Shown: piece by piece, positions 1 to 13,405 of the stretch
Position numbering within the stretch: position 1 is the stretch's first letter
Layout: each line of letters starts with the position of its first letter
Origin: Octopus sinensis
Lineage: Eukaryota
NCBI RefSeq assembly: GCF_006345805.1
Contig: NC_043012.1
Location: 49,414,001-49,478,000 of the forward strand
Length of the DNA stretch: 64,000 bases
Direction: 5' to 3'
Translations under genes and position numbers: made by a program
The notes under the pieces: model-generated
What the model was told of the DNA's origin: nothing
The model's input: only the letters and a program-made list of their open reading frames with translations
Database searches by the model: none

Positions 1-883
1 GTTGATGAATCGGAAATAGTCAATTACCCGGTTGAGTTCTTAAATTCACTGCAACCACCAGGAACTCCTCCTCATTAACTTCCATTGAAAATAGGAGCTC
101 TAATTATACTTCTGCGCAACCTTTCTGAACCAAAGTTGTGCAATAGCACAAAGCTTGTCAAGAAAATAATGGGTAATGCCATATAGGCCATGGTGAAGAT
201 GTCTTTATTCCACGTTCAACTTTATTGCAATCCAATGTGACCTTCGAGTTCAAACGACTTCAGTTTCCAATACATCTGTCATTTGCGATGTCTATTAGTA
301 AATCCCAAAGTCAGACTTTGAAAGGTGCTAGTTTACAATTAGAAGAGGACTGATTCTCCTTCGGTCAGTTATATGTTGGGACATCCAGAGTGGGGAGCAG
401 GATCAATCTTTTCATTTTTGCCCCCACTGGTAAAACGTCTATAAGGAAGTTTTTACCATGGGGTTAACTAACTAAAATTTTCAGAATAATTGATAGCTTT
501 GAATTGATATTGTCAACGTCACACTATATTCGTCTAAGAAAAAGTATTTGTATTTTAGTTTGTTGTAATACTTAACTTCAATAAGTTATAGTATATATGT
601 TTTAGTTTTCTCCTAACTTTCATTTGCTATCTTGTACTAGGCATAAGCCAAAGTCTGTGCGATATTTGGTTCATTTATAGACTGAAATACTATAGATCAT
701 AGATCAGAAGTTTATATGCACCCACGATAATATTGGCCAGAAGAAAACAGCTTCATCGTTACATGGAGGTTAATAACCATTTCTTATATACGTTCAATAC
801 AATCTAAGTGAATAATTCTCAATATTCTTAGTGCAATGTTGGTAGCTTCTTTCAACCCAGTCAATGACGGGTGTATCTACTAG
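1..883 (+). mobile_element. Helitron 3' end: decayed PIF1 helicase C-terminus (1-~456), 3' UTR, terminal hairpin and CTAG
   Basis: Translation across stops and frameshifts gives [56 protein letters not shown] and FSFGQLYVGTSRV, all Helitron PIF1 motifs. Hairpin ACCC(A)GTCA-A-TGACGGGT at 855-872, then CTAG at 880-883 followed by T. Confidence 0.9.
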
Positions 884-905
884 TAAATATATATATATAT
901 AATAT

Positions 906-976
<71 letters not shown>

Positions 977-993
977 TATATACACACACACAC

Positions 994-1052
<59 letters not shown>

Positions 1053-1330
1053 TATATATGCACACGTATACATGCATATATATATGAGTATATGTATATA
1101 TATATATATACGCACAAATATTTACTCCCCCACAGAGTCGCACATACATACAAACACCCACACACGCGTCACATCGATTCTCTCTCACTCACGCACACAC
1201 AGATGCACAAACACACGCATTCATACGTACATACACATAATTCCCGCTCCATCAATCGCACACATACAAACACATATACACACACAACTACACCCAACCA
1301 CTGACACACACATACACACACACACTGACC
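884..1330. repeat. (TA)n / (CA)n compound microsatellite
   Basis: Directly visible dinucleotide runs. Confidence 0.95.
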
Positions 1331-1580
1331 ATTTTCTTACTCTCCTGTCCCCTAAAACCAATTTCTCCATCTCTTTCTACTTCCGATCATTTCAGTAATG
1401 TAACTACACACGTGCTTTGGCGATTTCTTTTCATTTTTTCGAACTTTTTCCTTTCTCCTTTCCGACGAAGAAATTTGCTGGAAGCGTCAAACTTTCCCTT
1501 TCAACCGAGCTTTCAAGCTATTACATTTTTTTGTGCAAGTACTCTTGTTTCCGTTAATTTTATTCGCTTATTTGAATTTT

Positions 1581-1625
<45 letters not shown>

Positions 1626-2014
1626 CACCCCACCAAATATATCTATGTATATGTATGTATCTATGCATATATATTATATTTTCGCTTAGGCGTATGGAGA
1701 CTAATCCCCCGGTAGAGAACTCAGTACACGTATAGTTCCGACCACAATGTTAGAGTGGTAATAGAAACGAAGATATGATCCCGGAAATATCAAATGATTC
1801 GTAACGACCTTGATTACATCACAGCCATTTCTGTTATAGGATTTGGTGAATTCTTAGTTGAGTACCAAGAGAACATCTTTTAGATTCACCAGGACCTTGA
1901 ATGGCGCATTTTATTCAGGAAAGTTACATTTTCAGAACATACAGTCGTTATGAGTGAGAAAGTTTATGTTGATGGCTATAGAAAGTTCTATCCCAAGGGT
2001 TCAATGTATATTAT

Positions 2015-2328
2015 GAAGGCGCATGGCTCAGTGATTAGAACATCAATCTTACAATCGTGAGATTGTGAGTTCGAATTCCGGACCGGACTGCTTGTTGTGT
2101 TCTTGAGCAAGGCACTTTATTTCACGTTGCTCCAGTTCCCTCAGCTGTAGAAATGAGTTGCGACGTCACAGGTACCAGGCTGTATCCGCCTTTGCCATTC
2201 GCTTGGATAACACTGGTGGCGTGGAGAGAGGAGGCCGGTGTGCATGGGCGACTGCTGGTCTTACATAAACAATCTTGCCCGAACTTGTGCAATCCCATGG
2301 TCAGTGATGATCGAAGGGGGTCTCAACA
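2015..2328 (+). mobile_element. tRNA-derived CORE-type SINE
   Basis: A-box-like TGGCTCAGTGA and B-box GAGTTCGAATTCC. CORE-like segment TTGAGCAAGGCACTTTATTTCAC...CTCAGCTGTAGAAATGAG. Confidence 0.75.
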
Positions 2329-2340
2329 TATATTGACACA

Positions 2341-2507
2341 GGAGTGGCTGTGTGGTAAGTAGCTTGCTTACCAGCCACATGATTGCGGGTTCAGTCCCAC
2401 TGCGTGGTACCTTGGGCAAGTATCTTCTGCTATAACCTCGGGCCGACCAAAACCTTGTGAGTGGATTTGGTAGACGGAAACCGAAAGAAGCCTGTCGTAT
2501 ATACGTA

Positions 2508-2592
<85 letters not shown>

Positions 2593-2793
2593 TTTGTCTT
2601 TGTTTGTCCCCCCCCAATATCGATTGACAACCGATGCTGGTGTGTTTAAGTCCCCGTATCTTAGCGGTTCGGCAAAAGAGATCGATAGAATAAGTACTAG
2701 GCTTACAAAGATTAAGTCCTGGGGTTGATTTGCTCGACTAAAAACGGTTTCCAGCATGGCCGCAGTCAAATGACTGGAACAAGTAAAAGAGTA
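2341..2793 (+). mobile_element. tRNA-headed SINE family A with internal (TA)n(GT)n and AAGAGTA-type tail
   Basis: GGAGTGGCTGTGTGGTAAG...GGTTCAGTCCCA head. Body CTTAGCGGTTCGGCAAAAGAGA..GATAGAATAAGTACTAGGC is shared by many copies in the window. Confidence 0.9.
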
Positions 2794-2821
2794 TGCACAC
2801 ATACATACACACACACATCCC

Positions 2822-2871
<50 letters not shown>

Positions 2872-3502
2872 TAATTGCAGCTGTGTGTATAAAATGTATC
2901 AAAAAATATCATACTACAAAAGGAATAGTAAACATTTAATGACAAGAGGTATTGCTATCATTAAACACATATAATATAAATCTTTAAGGATCTCTTTGAT
3001 TCTACCGAGGTAAATATACCTTAATAAGCTTCTTCAGAGTATAACATCGAACAACAAACAAATAAAATCTATAAAGTCAATGGAAACACGTCTCTACTAA
3101 AAGACAGATAAAACAATATCGAACATATGTTGTCTGAATGTATTTAAATATTTAGGCTGCGGGCAAAAGAAAAACAAAACGAACGAAACAAGAAAAATAA
3201 AGTGGGTTTATATAGGTTTGTGTATATCTGCAATAATTAATTATTTTATAGATTCATCAATGATCAGTGCAATTTAGGTTAATCCAGCTAATAAAATCCA
3301 TAATAACAGTATTGAAAAGTAACATTTATTGATTTATTATGATGCTGATTTTTGTGATCTGACACGGCCATGCTGGGGCTTGCAGTGGCATTGTAGTCAA
3401 TCATGTATACACCAGCACCTATTCTAAAATGTTATTTATTTTAGTGATATTTTTTTATCGAATGACCGTCTTTAATATACATATATTTGCCAGTGTGTGT
3501 AA

Positions 3503-3544
<42 letters not shown>

Positions 3545-3774
3545 GAATGGAGCTGAACGACGAATTAACAGCTCCATTATTTCATATATTTATATTTTTA
3601 AAATAAACATACAAATTTCCACACGAAAGCACTTAAATCTATGCCCTAGGCACGTAACTTCAACCGTGTTTTTTCTGACGTGAATTTGCTACCCAGGTAT
3701 CGGTTAATTCGAATTATCCTTAATAAGATAATTCATTCAACTACTCAAATATTTATATATATATATATATATAT

Positions 3775-4105
3775 ATAATAGTTATCGCCATACTAATATG
3801 GCATTCTTATAAATATAAGAAAAAAGCTGTCCGCTTATTAGCTCCATGAGGCCATCGCCTTAAGTTAGCTATTTGATACACAAACTGTATCCATATAACC
3901 TTCGAACAAGGGAGGTCAGTCGCTCCACACTACTTGACCGGCAGCTACAGTGTGGAGCGACTGACCTCCCTTGTTCGAAGGTTATATGGATACAGTTTGT
4001 GTATCAAATAGCTAACTTAAGGCGATGGCCTCATGGAGCTAATAAGCGGACAGCTTTTTTCTTATTTTTATAAGAATGCCATATTAGTATGGCGATAACT
4101 ATTAT
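3775..4105. repeat. Near-perfect inverted repeat (157-bp arms, 17-nt loop)
   Basis: 3775-3931 is the reverse complement of 3949-4105 with one mismatch. Confidence 0.95.
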
Positions 4106-4645
4106 TTTCCGGGAACGCTGCCGCTGTTCTCTTTCAGAGAGACTTAGTTATTTTAATATTTCTATTATATATATATATATATATATGTATATGTTTTTTA
4201 GGTTTTGCTGAGTTCCATTCTCGCATTTTTCATTCATACAGCATTGGACAGCTCGAGGCTATAGTAGATAAGACTTGCTAAGCGTGCCATAATCAGTATT
4301 GGAATCTGAAGACAAGTGGTTTCCTAGTGAAGTTTTAACAACAAAATACTGCCTTCGTTGCTTTACAATTAATTTTTAAAATTATTCTCTTGCACTTTTC
4401 ATTTCCTTAAACACAGTAAAATTCACATAGTGACAAATACCTACATACATAGAGACACACGGACACGTCAACAGCTCAAAAATAAACTGACAGGCACATA
4501 TATCTATTACTAACTGAACATTTCACAATTCATTGGAGTAAATTTAAGAGCTCCCATGGTTTATTGTCGGAAGCCTGATAGTTTGGGTAGAACATCATTG
4601 TCTGTAACTGTTTATTTCCAAAACAGCATATTCCTAAAAAATTAC

Positions 4646-5962
4646 ATGTGTGGTAAGAAGCTTGTGGATTTATACCATCTCAATCACAGAACTTTTAATA
4701 CTGGTAGAATTTCTCACGTAGAGCACAGTTTACGCTGAACGTTTTTGACCAATTTTGTATTTTAGAAGTTATTTCGTGTTAAAGTTGTAGTATTTGGGTA
4801 ATTTCAACTAGTCAAGGTCGTGTATTCGATTGAAGAAAGTTACTGCTGTTTGCGATAGTAATCGAAGAGGAATAACGTCCGGATCATCTCTACTAAATGC
4901 CACCACTCTGCTCTATTCGTATGGCGAGCGAAGACGATGTCATCCTTATCCTTTCTTTCTTTCTAGTCAGCACCGTGCATTCCTTACTCTTGCCCTTCCT
5001 TCTACACTATCAATTAGCAACCAGCGAGCGAACTTGTCACTGACACTATAACTATCGTATTTTCCGGTGTATAAGCCGCTATTTGTTTTGTTTTGCCTTT
5101 ATGTTTTGATAATGTTATTTTTTTTATTTAATAAAGACTTTTGTATTGACGAAATGTGTTTGTTGTTGATTATGGTAAGATAAAATCATGACAATAACCA
5201 TACATCTCGTTGTTGCAAAATAAGGCATTTTGAAACTACATACGCATCAACAACAAAAACTCATTGATCTATAGTTCTTGGAACAGTGAGATGACATTTA
5301 GTAGAGATGATCCTGACGTTGTTCCTCTTCGATTACTATCGTAAACAGCAGTAGTTTTCTTCAACTGAATACACGTCGTTGATTGGTTGAAATTACCCGA
5401 ATACAACAGCTTTAACACGAAATGACTTCTAAAATACGAAATTTTGTATAAAACGTTCACAGTAAACACGGTTTTGTCAAAAACGTTCAGGGTAAACCGT
5501 GTTCTACGGGAGAATTTCTACCAGTATTCGAAGTTTCAAACAGTTTACTTAAAAAAAAAAATTAATTAAAATATCTGTGATTGAGATGGAATAGATCCAA
5601 GCTTGCTTCCCAACCCGGATTGAATACTACTGCGATAGCCACAGGTCGACCAAAGCCGCGTGAGTGGATTTGGTAGAAGGAAACGGAAAGAAGTCCATCG
5701 AATACACACACATACATGCACATACACATACACACGCACACACACACACACCCACATATGATTATAATGTATGTGTGTCTTTCTGCTTGTGTCTGTAACC
5801 CCATCACCACTTGACAATTTAGCAGATCGGCAAAAGAGACCGATAAAATAAGTACTAGGCTTAAGAAAGAAGTCCTGGTATCGATTTCTTCGACTAAAGA
5901 AGCCCATCAAGGCGGTCCTCGGCATAGCTATAGTCAAATGACTGAAACAAGTAAAAGAAGAA
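4646..5962 (+). mobile_element. SINE family A copy interrupted by the 4665-5599 element
   Basis: Head at 4646-4664; body resumes at 5600 and runs to the GACTGAAACAAGTAAAAG tail. Confidence 0.8.
4665..5599. mobile_element. Non-autonomous DNA-transposon-like element, ~240-bp imperfect TIRs (TGGAT...ATCCA), 6-bp TSD AGCTTG
   Basis: The ends are reverse complements with indels. AGCTTG occurs at 4659-4664 and 5600-5605. Removing the element restores SINE-A sequence GGTAAGAAGCTTGCTTCCCAACC. Confidence 0.85.
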
Positions 5963-6059
5963 AATGAATATATATATATACATACGTGTGTGTGTATCTA
6001 TGTATATGTGTATATATAAATATTCAATGTATAATTTAAGTATGCATATATGCAATTAC

Positions 6060-7110
6060 CGAGTCTCCCAACTGTCTTTTCGATGATTTCTGCTTATACG
6101 ACAGTATATAAATGCTAGGTATTAACGCCACGTTTCAACCACGCTAGGGTTTACATTGGCGGCACTTTTGGATTCAAGCGCCGATACTGTACTCACAACA
6201 ATTCGTTTTTGGAATCGTGACTCTAGACTCTCTACCTCCCTTACACAACCTCAAATTCCGAAATATTCCTTATATCCTATCCTGGTCTATAGTTTGTGTA
6301 GCTTCTCCCTACAATACTAACCCCGTCTTTGTAAATTGTGTTCAAGTGAGTCGCTCGCTATCCTCTGCCACCATGACTCCTCATTACTAAATACATTCTT
6401 TGAACAAATCTATTCAAGTAAGCAAAAATTTATTCTTCTTTTGCCAATTACGCAAAGTCTATAATTCCGTCCAATTACGATTAAGCCTCGACCTACAACT
6501 TAGTTGCATTCTTTCTCTTTTTCTTTACCTTTCTCTTTTTCTTTACCTTTCTCTCTCTCTCTTTCTCCTTATCTCAGCATATATTTCTCCTTGAATACCC
6601 TTCTTGCCACGTCCTGTTTTAATCTATAACCAGATCCTATCCCTCATTGTTTCAAAGTCTGCTTTTCTCTATTCTCCTCGTGCCTTTCCCTCATCTTAGA
6701 AGCCTCTCCTCCGATACCGTTCCTTTATTTCATTCCTTGTTCCCTATCTTTCTTTACAGTCAGCAACCCTCTTATTGATTTAATGTATATAAGTGACGCA
6801 CCCGGCTACCATTAATGCTGTCTTTCACGATACCGAATTATCGTACCCCTCTGCCTCCTCATTCAATCTCAACTTTTCTACTTCCATTCACTCTCCAGTT
6901 ATTGACTTCCCCGTCTTGTATTTCTTTTTGCTCTCCTTCTACTTCTCTTCCTTTACCTGCTATTTACTCTTTTCTTCCTCTCCTTTCCAACCTTTAAATC
7001 TCTCGCATGACGATGTGAAATACTATTTGCCACTGTTTCTTCTGATGAAGGAAGCTGCTCTGACGGTAATGTCTATATGCAACCATTTACTGGTTGCATA
7101 TCCTTGACTG
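6060..7110 (+). mobile_element. Penelope-like element 3' fragment: decayed GIY-YIG endonuclease, pyrimidine-rich UTR, hammerhead remnant
   Basis: VYKC*V...RVYIGGTFGFKRRYCTHNNSF (YIG at 6152-6160), then LSWSIVCVASPY. CTGATGAAGG at 7042. Confidence 0.7.
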
Positions 7111-7538
7111 TTCAGACAATCTATTTACTAATAACTAATTGAACATTTGCTTATTGAACATTACGCATTCCCGAGGCTCCAGAAAAAGCTGTCGAGTTAA
7201 AAAGTATATCCACTCACTCCTTAGTATTCTTTATTTGTTATGCTTCCTGTAAATGTAAATTTGTTTATACACACATACATACATACGTATATATATACAG
7301 ATATATACATATATATATATATTTTGTGAAATAGAAAGATGAATAATCTTGTTGCAGATTAATCAAAAGTTTAACCGATACCTTGGTAGCAAAAATCCCA
7401 GCAGAAGACAGCCCGGTTGGAGGTACAACCCTATGGTGTTGCAACCGTGCGTTGGTGCGGATAATTGAATTTTAATATTATTAGTGAATTGAAGAAATGG
7501 AGTTGAACGAAGATTGTTCAATCTTCGTTCAACTTCAC

Positions 7539-7610
<72 letters not shown>

Positions 7611-7611
7611 G

Positions 7612-7643
<32 letters not shown>

Positions 7644-8052
7644 TATATATACACATATATATATATATATATACAGATATACATATATATATACATATAT
7701 ATACATATATATGCATATATGTATGTAGGTATCTGTATAGAGTAGTAAATCTTTACAAATTTCACTACCAGTGGCCTAGCATGTATAAAAAGTCAATAGA
7801 TGACATTATTATTCAATATAAAATAGTGTACATTTAAACACAACGAGAAATTTCCTATAACAGGCAATTTCTACACGCTAGGAGACAGTCAAAACGACCG
7901 CAAAACTACAAAATTTAAGCAATTTCAAAGGGAATGAAAAAATAAAAAACTTTTACCTATAGGTTTTGGATATTTTTAGTAAATAAAATAATTTAAATTT
8001 AATGTGTTCGCTGTTTCCTATACATACATACATACATACATACATACATACA

Positions 8053-8088
<36 letters not shown>

Positions 8089-8390
8089 TATGCTTGGGCA
8101 CATGTGTTTATCTCCTGAGCAAATTTAGCTATTTTTATCTGTACGCTTCTCTATATATACATGCGTATCTATATCTGTATATTTATATATCTATTTTTAT
8201 ATATATCAAGCCTAATCCTGTTCATCTCCATTGCCCGTCCAAATCATTTCACCAAGATTTCTCCTATAGCAGCCCCTTACCCTGTGAACCAAGTCCTATT
8301 CAAAGACTTCGGAGTATAAGTTCAAATCACTTCAGCACTACGTACATACATACAAACACACACATACATACATGCATACATACATACATA

Positions 8391-9640
8391 CCGTCGTCTT
8401 CAAAATTATACCCTTGTTAATTTTTGCGATGAAATAAATGCATTTTGTCAAGTTTGTATATGAGTTTTGTGACCAACAAATGAAAGAATGACAACAATAC
8501 ACGATTCCAGAAATTCTTCATTTCAGGGGTATTTTATTCATGGATTTCAAAAAATCTCCTGCTCAAAATTATTCATACCCTAGGTTTACTGAGTACAATA
8601 GCATATCCTTTGTTTTATATGACTGCTTCTTGACGATTCCTGTACATATTCACAAGCTTCCTGCATGTCTCCTGTTGGATGTTTACCCACTTTTTCGTCA
8701 CGAAAGCCTCGATCTGGGTCAGCTTGATTGGTTTTCTAGCCATCAATTTGGTTATCAAGTCTTGCCACAACTTCTCGATCGGATTCAGGTCTGGAATCGG
8801 ACTTGGCCATTCTAGGACGTTGACATCATTGTTCTTAAACCATTTCTTCACTAACTTGGTGGTATGCTTCGCATCATTGTCCTCCTGGTACTTCCAGTTG
8901 TGGCCTTATTGGAGTTTTTCAGCAGATTCTTTCTCATTTTCATCAAGGATACTTTCTCATGATTCCTTGGATTTTGACCAGGTTCCATTTCCCTCCGGAA
9001 GAGAAGCATCCCCATGATATTATGTTTCCGTCACCATGCTTGACGGTGGGCACAGTGTTCTTCGAGTTGAATGCTTCTCCTTTCTTCCTCCAGACGTATT
9101 CAGCATCCAATTAGTCAACTTCGTCTACTCAGTCCATAGGATGGTTGACCAAATGCTGTGATCTTGCTTCAGATGACCTGTAGCAAATGCCAGGTGAGCC
9201 TCCAGATGTTTCTTCTTGTGCAGTGTCGTCTTCCGAGGCCTACGTCCATGGAGACCTTCTCTGTGCAAAACTCGCTCAGTGGATGACCGTGGTACCTTCG
9301 ACCCTGCCTGGTCAAGCGTTTCAATTAGTTGTTGACCTCTCTAAGAATGACCAGAACACTTTTCCTCTATTTATACGTGACCCAGCTCGTGGCTTTTGCC
9401 AAGGAAGAGTGGGCCATCATCTCACAGGAGACAAACAGGAAGGTTGTGGACACGTACAAGAAGTATCTAGAAGCAGTCATGAAAAAACAAAGTCTATGCT
9501 ATTGACAACTGAAAAAAGATACTAGACCCAGTAAACCTAGAGTATGAATAATTTTGAGCATGGCATTTTTCGAAAATCCATGAATAAAATACAAAATAAT
9601 TATGAGGACAAAATTAGCAGAATAATCATGAGGACGACTG
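8391..9640 (-). mobile_element. Tc1 (DD34E) transposon, decayed and internally deleted, IR/DR-like ends, TA TSD
   Basis: Minus-strand QEDNDAKHT...WPSPIPDLNPIE with 34 residues between D and E. Termini CCGTCGTCTTCAAAATTAT and AATAATCATGAGGACGACTG are flanked by TA. Confidence 0.9.
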
Positions 9641-11029
9641 TACATACATACAGAATTTTTCGGCCACTTGAACGTTAACTTCACGAGCTGGCTGTCTATT
9701 CATCGGATCCCCTTGCGTCGTAACCGACGGAGTACCCCGTTTTTGAATACTGGAATGTACTATCTATGCTAATGTTAAATATATGTATAAATAATGTGTA
9801 TGTATGTATTATGCATTTAACTTTAAATATAAGTATGTTTGCGCTTTTGTGTTAAAAACAATGTGTAGAGTTTTCATCTTCCCATCACCCGTATGAACCT
9901 CAATTACTGTGCAAGACATAATCTTCTGAATTTAAGCTGTGAAGTTCGGTAACATATACTGAAATTAATAAATAAATAGATAAGAACCAGATTTTAAAAA
10001 TTTCTCTTCTATCTGATTTCGTCTTACATGACACCCTTGTGGCACTAAACGTCTTCATAAATAATATTTTACATTTTTAAACCTCACATTCAGACCCAAA
10101 CAGATAATATAATGAAACTTCAAGAAATTAATAACCTATGCAAGATAAAAGAAGAAATATATATTACGACACATCAGACACGGTGTGTTGCCTTGAAAAA
10201 CCTTCTTAGGTTAAAAAATTTATTATATTTCCATTGATTTTTATTAGTTTTAATTGTTTGTTGTTCGATGTATAATGTTTGGTTGTTATATTCTGAAGAT
10301 GCTTATTTAAGCTATATTTTCCTTAGTAGCATCAAACAGATCTTCAAAGATTCATATTACACGCCTATGTGACGTCATTTCCTTTTGTGCTTGGTTATTT
10401 ATTATTGCTTTGATTTGATTCGTTTTATACATACGGCCATAATTATAAAGTTGTTTGTGTGTCAGTGTAAATGTCTCTACACATACATACAGAGATACTC
10501 GCACATATACAGACACATACGAAAGTTCTCGTATATACATATGTATATATGTATATGTATATATATGTCTATATATAAATATATACATATATATATATAT
10601 AAACATATATGTGCACATATACACACATATATATTCATGTATGTACATTATCTTTCTGTATATATCTGTATATTATGTTATATATATATACACCCATACG
10701 TATATTGCTCCTTTTGTCCGCTCCAGATATATAAACACGCTGATAGTTGTGTCTCCGTTTATTCATCCACCCATCTTTCTCATATGAAACGCATTATCCC
10801 CAGTTTTCCGCTGTTTTCTCCTCTGCTCCCTTTGACACTATGTGTGTATCCACGTTGTTTTTAAGCTTACTTTTTTCTGATTTAAAAAGTTTGACTTCGT
10901 ACACTATTCCACTATTTATTTCCCGGTGTTTCTGTTTTGTATCTAGTGAAAGACTGACGTCCGAAACGTTGTAATACTATTTTCTACTTCACAAGGTTAA
11001 CATACATAGATACATACAGACAGATAGAC

Positions 11030-11110
11030 ATACATACATAGAGACAGACAGACAGACAGACACATAGAAAGGTAGACAGACAAACAGATACACAGACTGT
11101 TAGATAGATC

Positions 11111-11199
<89 letters not shown>

Positions 11200-11200
11200 A
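11030..11200. repeat. (GACA)n/(GATA)n tetranucleotide microsatellite
   Basis: Directly visible; similar tracts at ~21660-21785 and ~42250-42390. Confidence 0.95.
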
Positions 11201-12178
11201 AACTACTTTTTCAAATTTTCGTCAATGGAAAAAAATATGACTACGAAGCTATGTAAGAACTCTGACATTACTTAGTGAAAAGGAGAATATTTTCCCCAGT
11301 TTGGATTCTAACAGAGAATACTTCTTTAATTCCATGCAAAAATCAAGTGCTGGTGTTTTTAAAACGGGTTACATGTGATCTTTAAAATAAGGAATATTTT
11401 TAGTTACCAAATTTTAATTCCACTTTTGGGGTTGACCCGAGCCTTATGTAGCACTTTTTGCTTAAGATGCTGCGCAGTCGGTTCGAACATAAAAGAACTA
11501 AAGGCAGTTCTTGAACATACACATAGTCTAACACAATGCTAAGCATTTCATATAGTGGTTAGAAGAATACCACGTAAACAACACTTTAATGTAGAACGAG
11601 AACAACTGAAATTAAGGAACCACAAAGCTAACGCGGTCATGTTAACAACTGATATATATATATGTGGGGACATTTTTGACCCAGGATCATTTTTGCCCTT
11701 TCTTTTTGAACTGGATCTTCTAATGCCTTATATCACAGAGATGTTCACACTAAAATACACATACGAATAGGAGCCAAATAATACACCAATCCGTTTCAAT
11801 CTTCTAGTGCAGCTTCCCAAATTTTCTTCCAAAACGTGCCCCAAAATAGTTGGGTTTTTACTTCCACCTACTAAATTCTACCCTTAAGGTTAATAGTTGT
11901 AATTTCATTTAAAATAAAGGCAAAGAGTTTTATTACATGATTTACAATAGGGCATTTTTATTAATAAAAAAAACATGAAAGGAATAATTATGATAGCACA
12001 TACACATATAAACACACATGGATATATATGTGTGTGATAAACAAAACATACATTCACATACACATATTATTCCATATACTTACACACACACACACGTTTG
12101 TATATATGTGTATGTGTGTGTTTGTTTATGTGTACGTGTGCGCGTGTGTACGCGTGTGTGTGTGTGTGTGTGTGTTTC

Positions 12179-12230
<52 letters not shown>

Positions 12231-12646
12231 TATATATGTATATACATATATGTTTATATATGCATACATTCAGTAGAAAAAACATTATCCTAGGGATAAA
12301 GAATGAAAACAACAATGTGTATCACAGAAGTTCTGCGTTAATAAGTCTTGGTAGAATTGTAAGCAACTTGCTCTAAGTGCAGTGCCTGATCATAAGACCT
12401 CTATATTGGTTGACGATCATGATCAGTTGCCTTTGTTGTTACGGAATTGTCAAGCAATCTACTGCCACTTCAGTACGTCAACTTTACGTCAAATTTCGTA
12501 AGAGTAATGAAGAATAAGTGGCCTTATGTAAGAATAAATCTATCCCCCTCGCATATTGATTTGTATACATACTTATATCTTTACGACGGGCAACGCATTT
12601 TATAACGAAGACCATCTTTTTTCAAGCAATTTTGCAGTCATCAAAG

Positions 12647-12855
12647 GCGGCGGGCTGGCTGAACTGTAAGCACGCAAGACAAAATGCTTAGCGGCAATTC
12701 GTCTATCTTTACGTTATGAGTTCAAATTCCGCCGTAATCGACTGTGTCTTTCGTCTTTTGGAGGTCGATAAAATTAGTACCAGCAGATTATTGAGGTTTA
12801 CGTAATCGATTAACTTCGTCCTGCAAAACTTCAGGCCTTGTGTTTATAGTAGACA
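12647..12855 (+). mobile_element. tRNA-headed SINE family D
   Basis: GGCGG..CTGGC head, ACGTT(A)TGAGTTCAAATTCCGCC B-box, GGTCGATAAAATTAGTACCAG body. Confidence 0.8.
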
Positions 12856-12925
12856 GTAAAATTTCAATCATCAACCAAGAAATTCAACAATGATAATAAA
12901 ATACAAATGCTGAAAGTTTATATTG

Positions 12926-13405
<480 letters not shown>

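Noticed and set aside
2015-2085. tRNA-like sequences at SINE heads (also 15356, 43265 and others)
   Set aside because: A/B boxes are present but there is no complete cloverleaf, and each continues into a SINE body, so they are not called as tRNA genes
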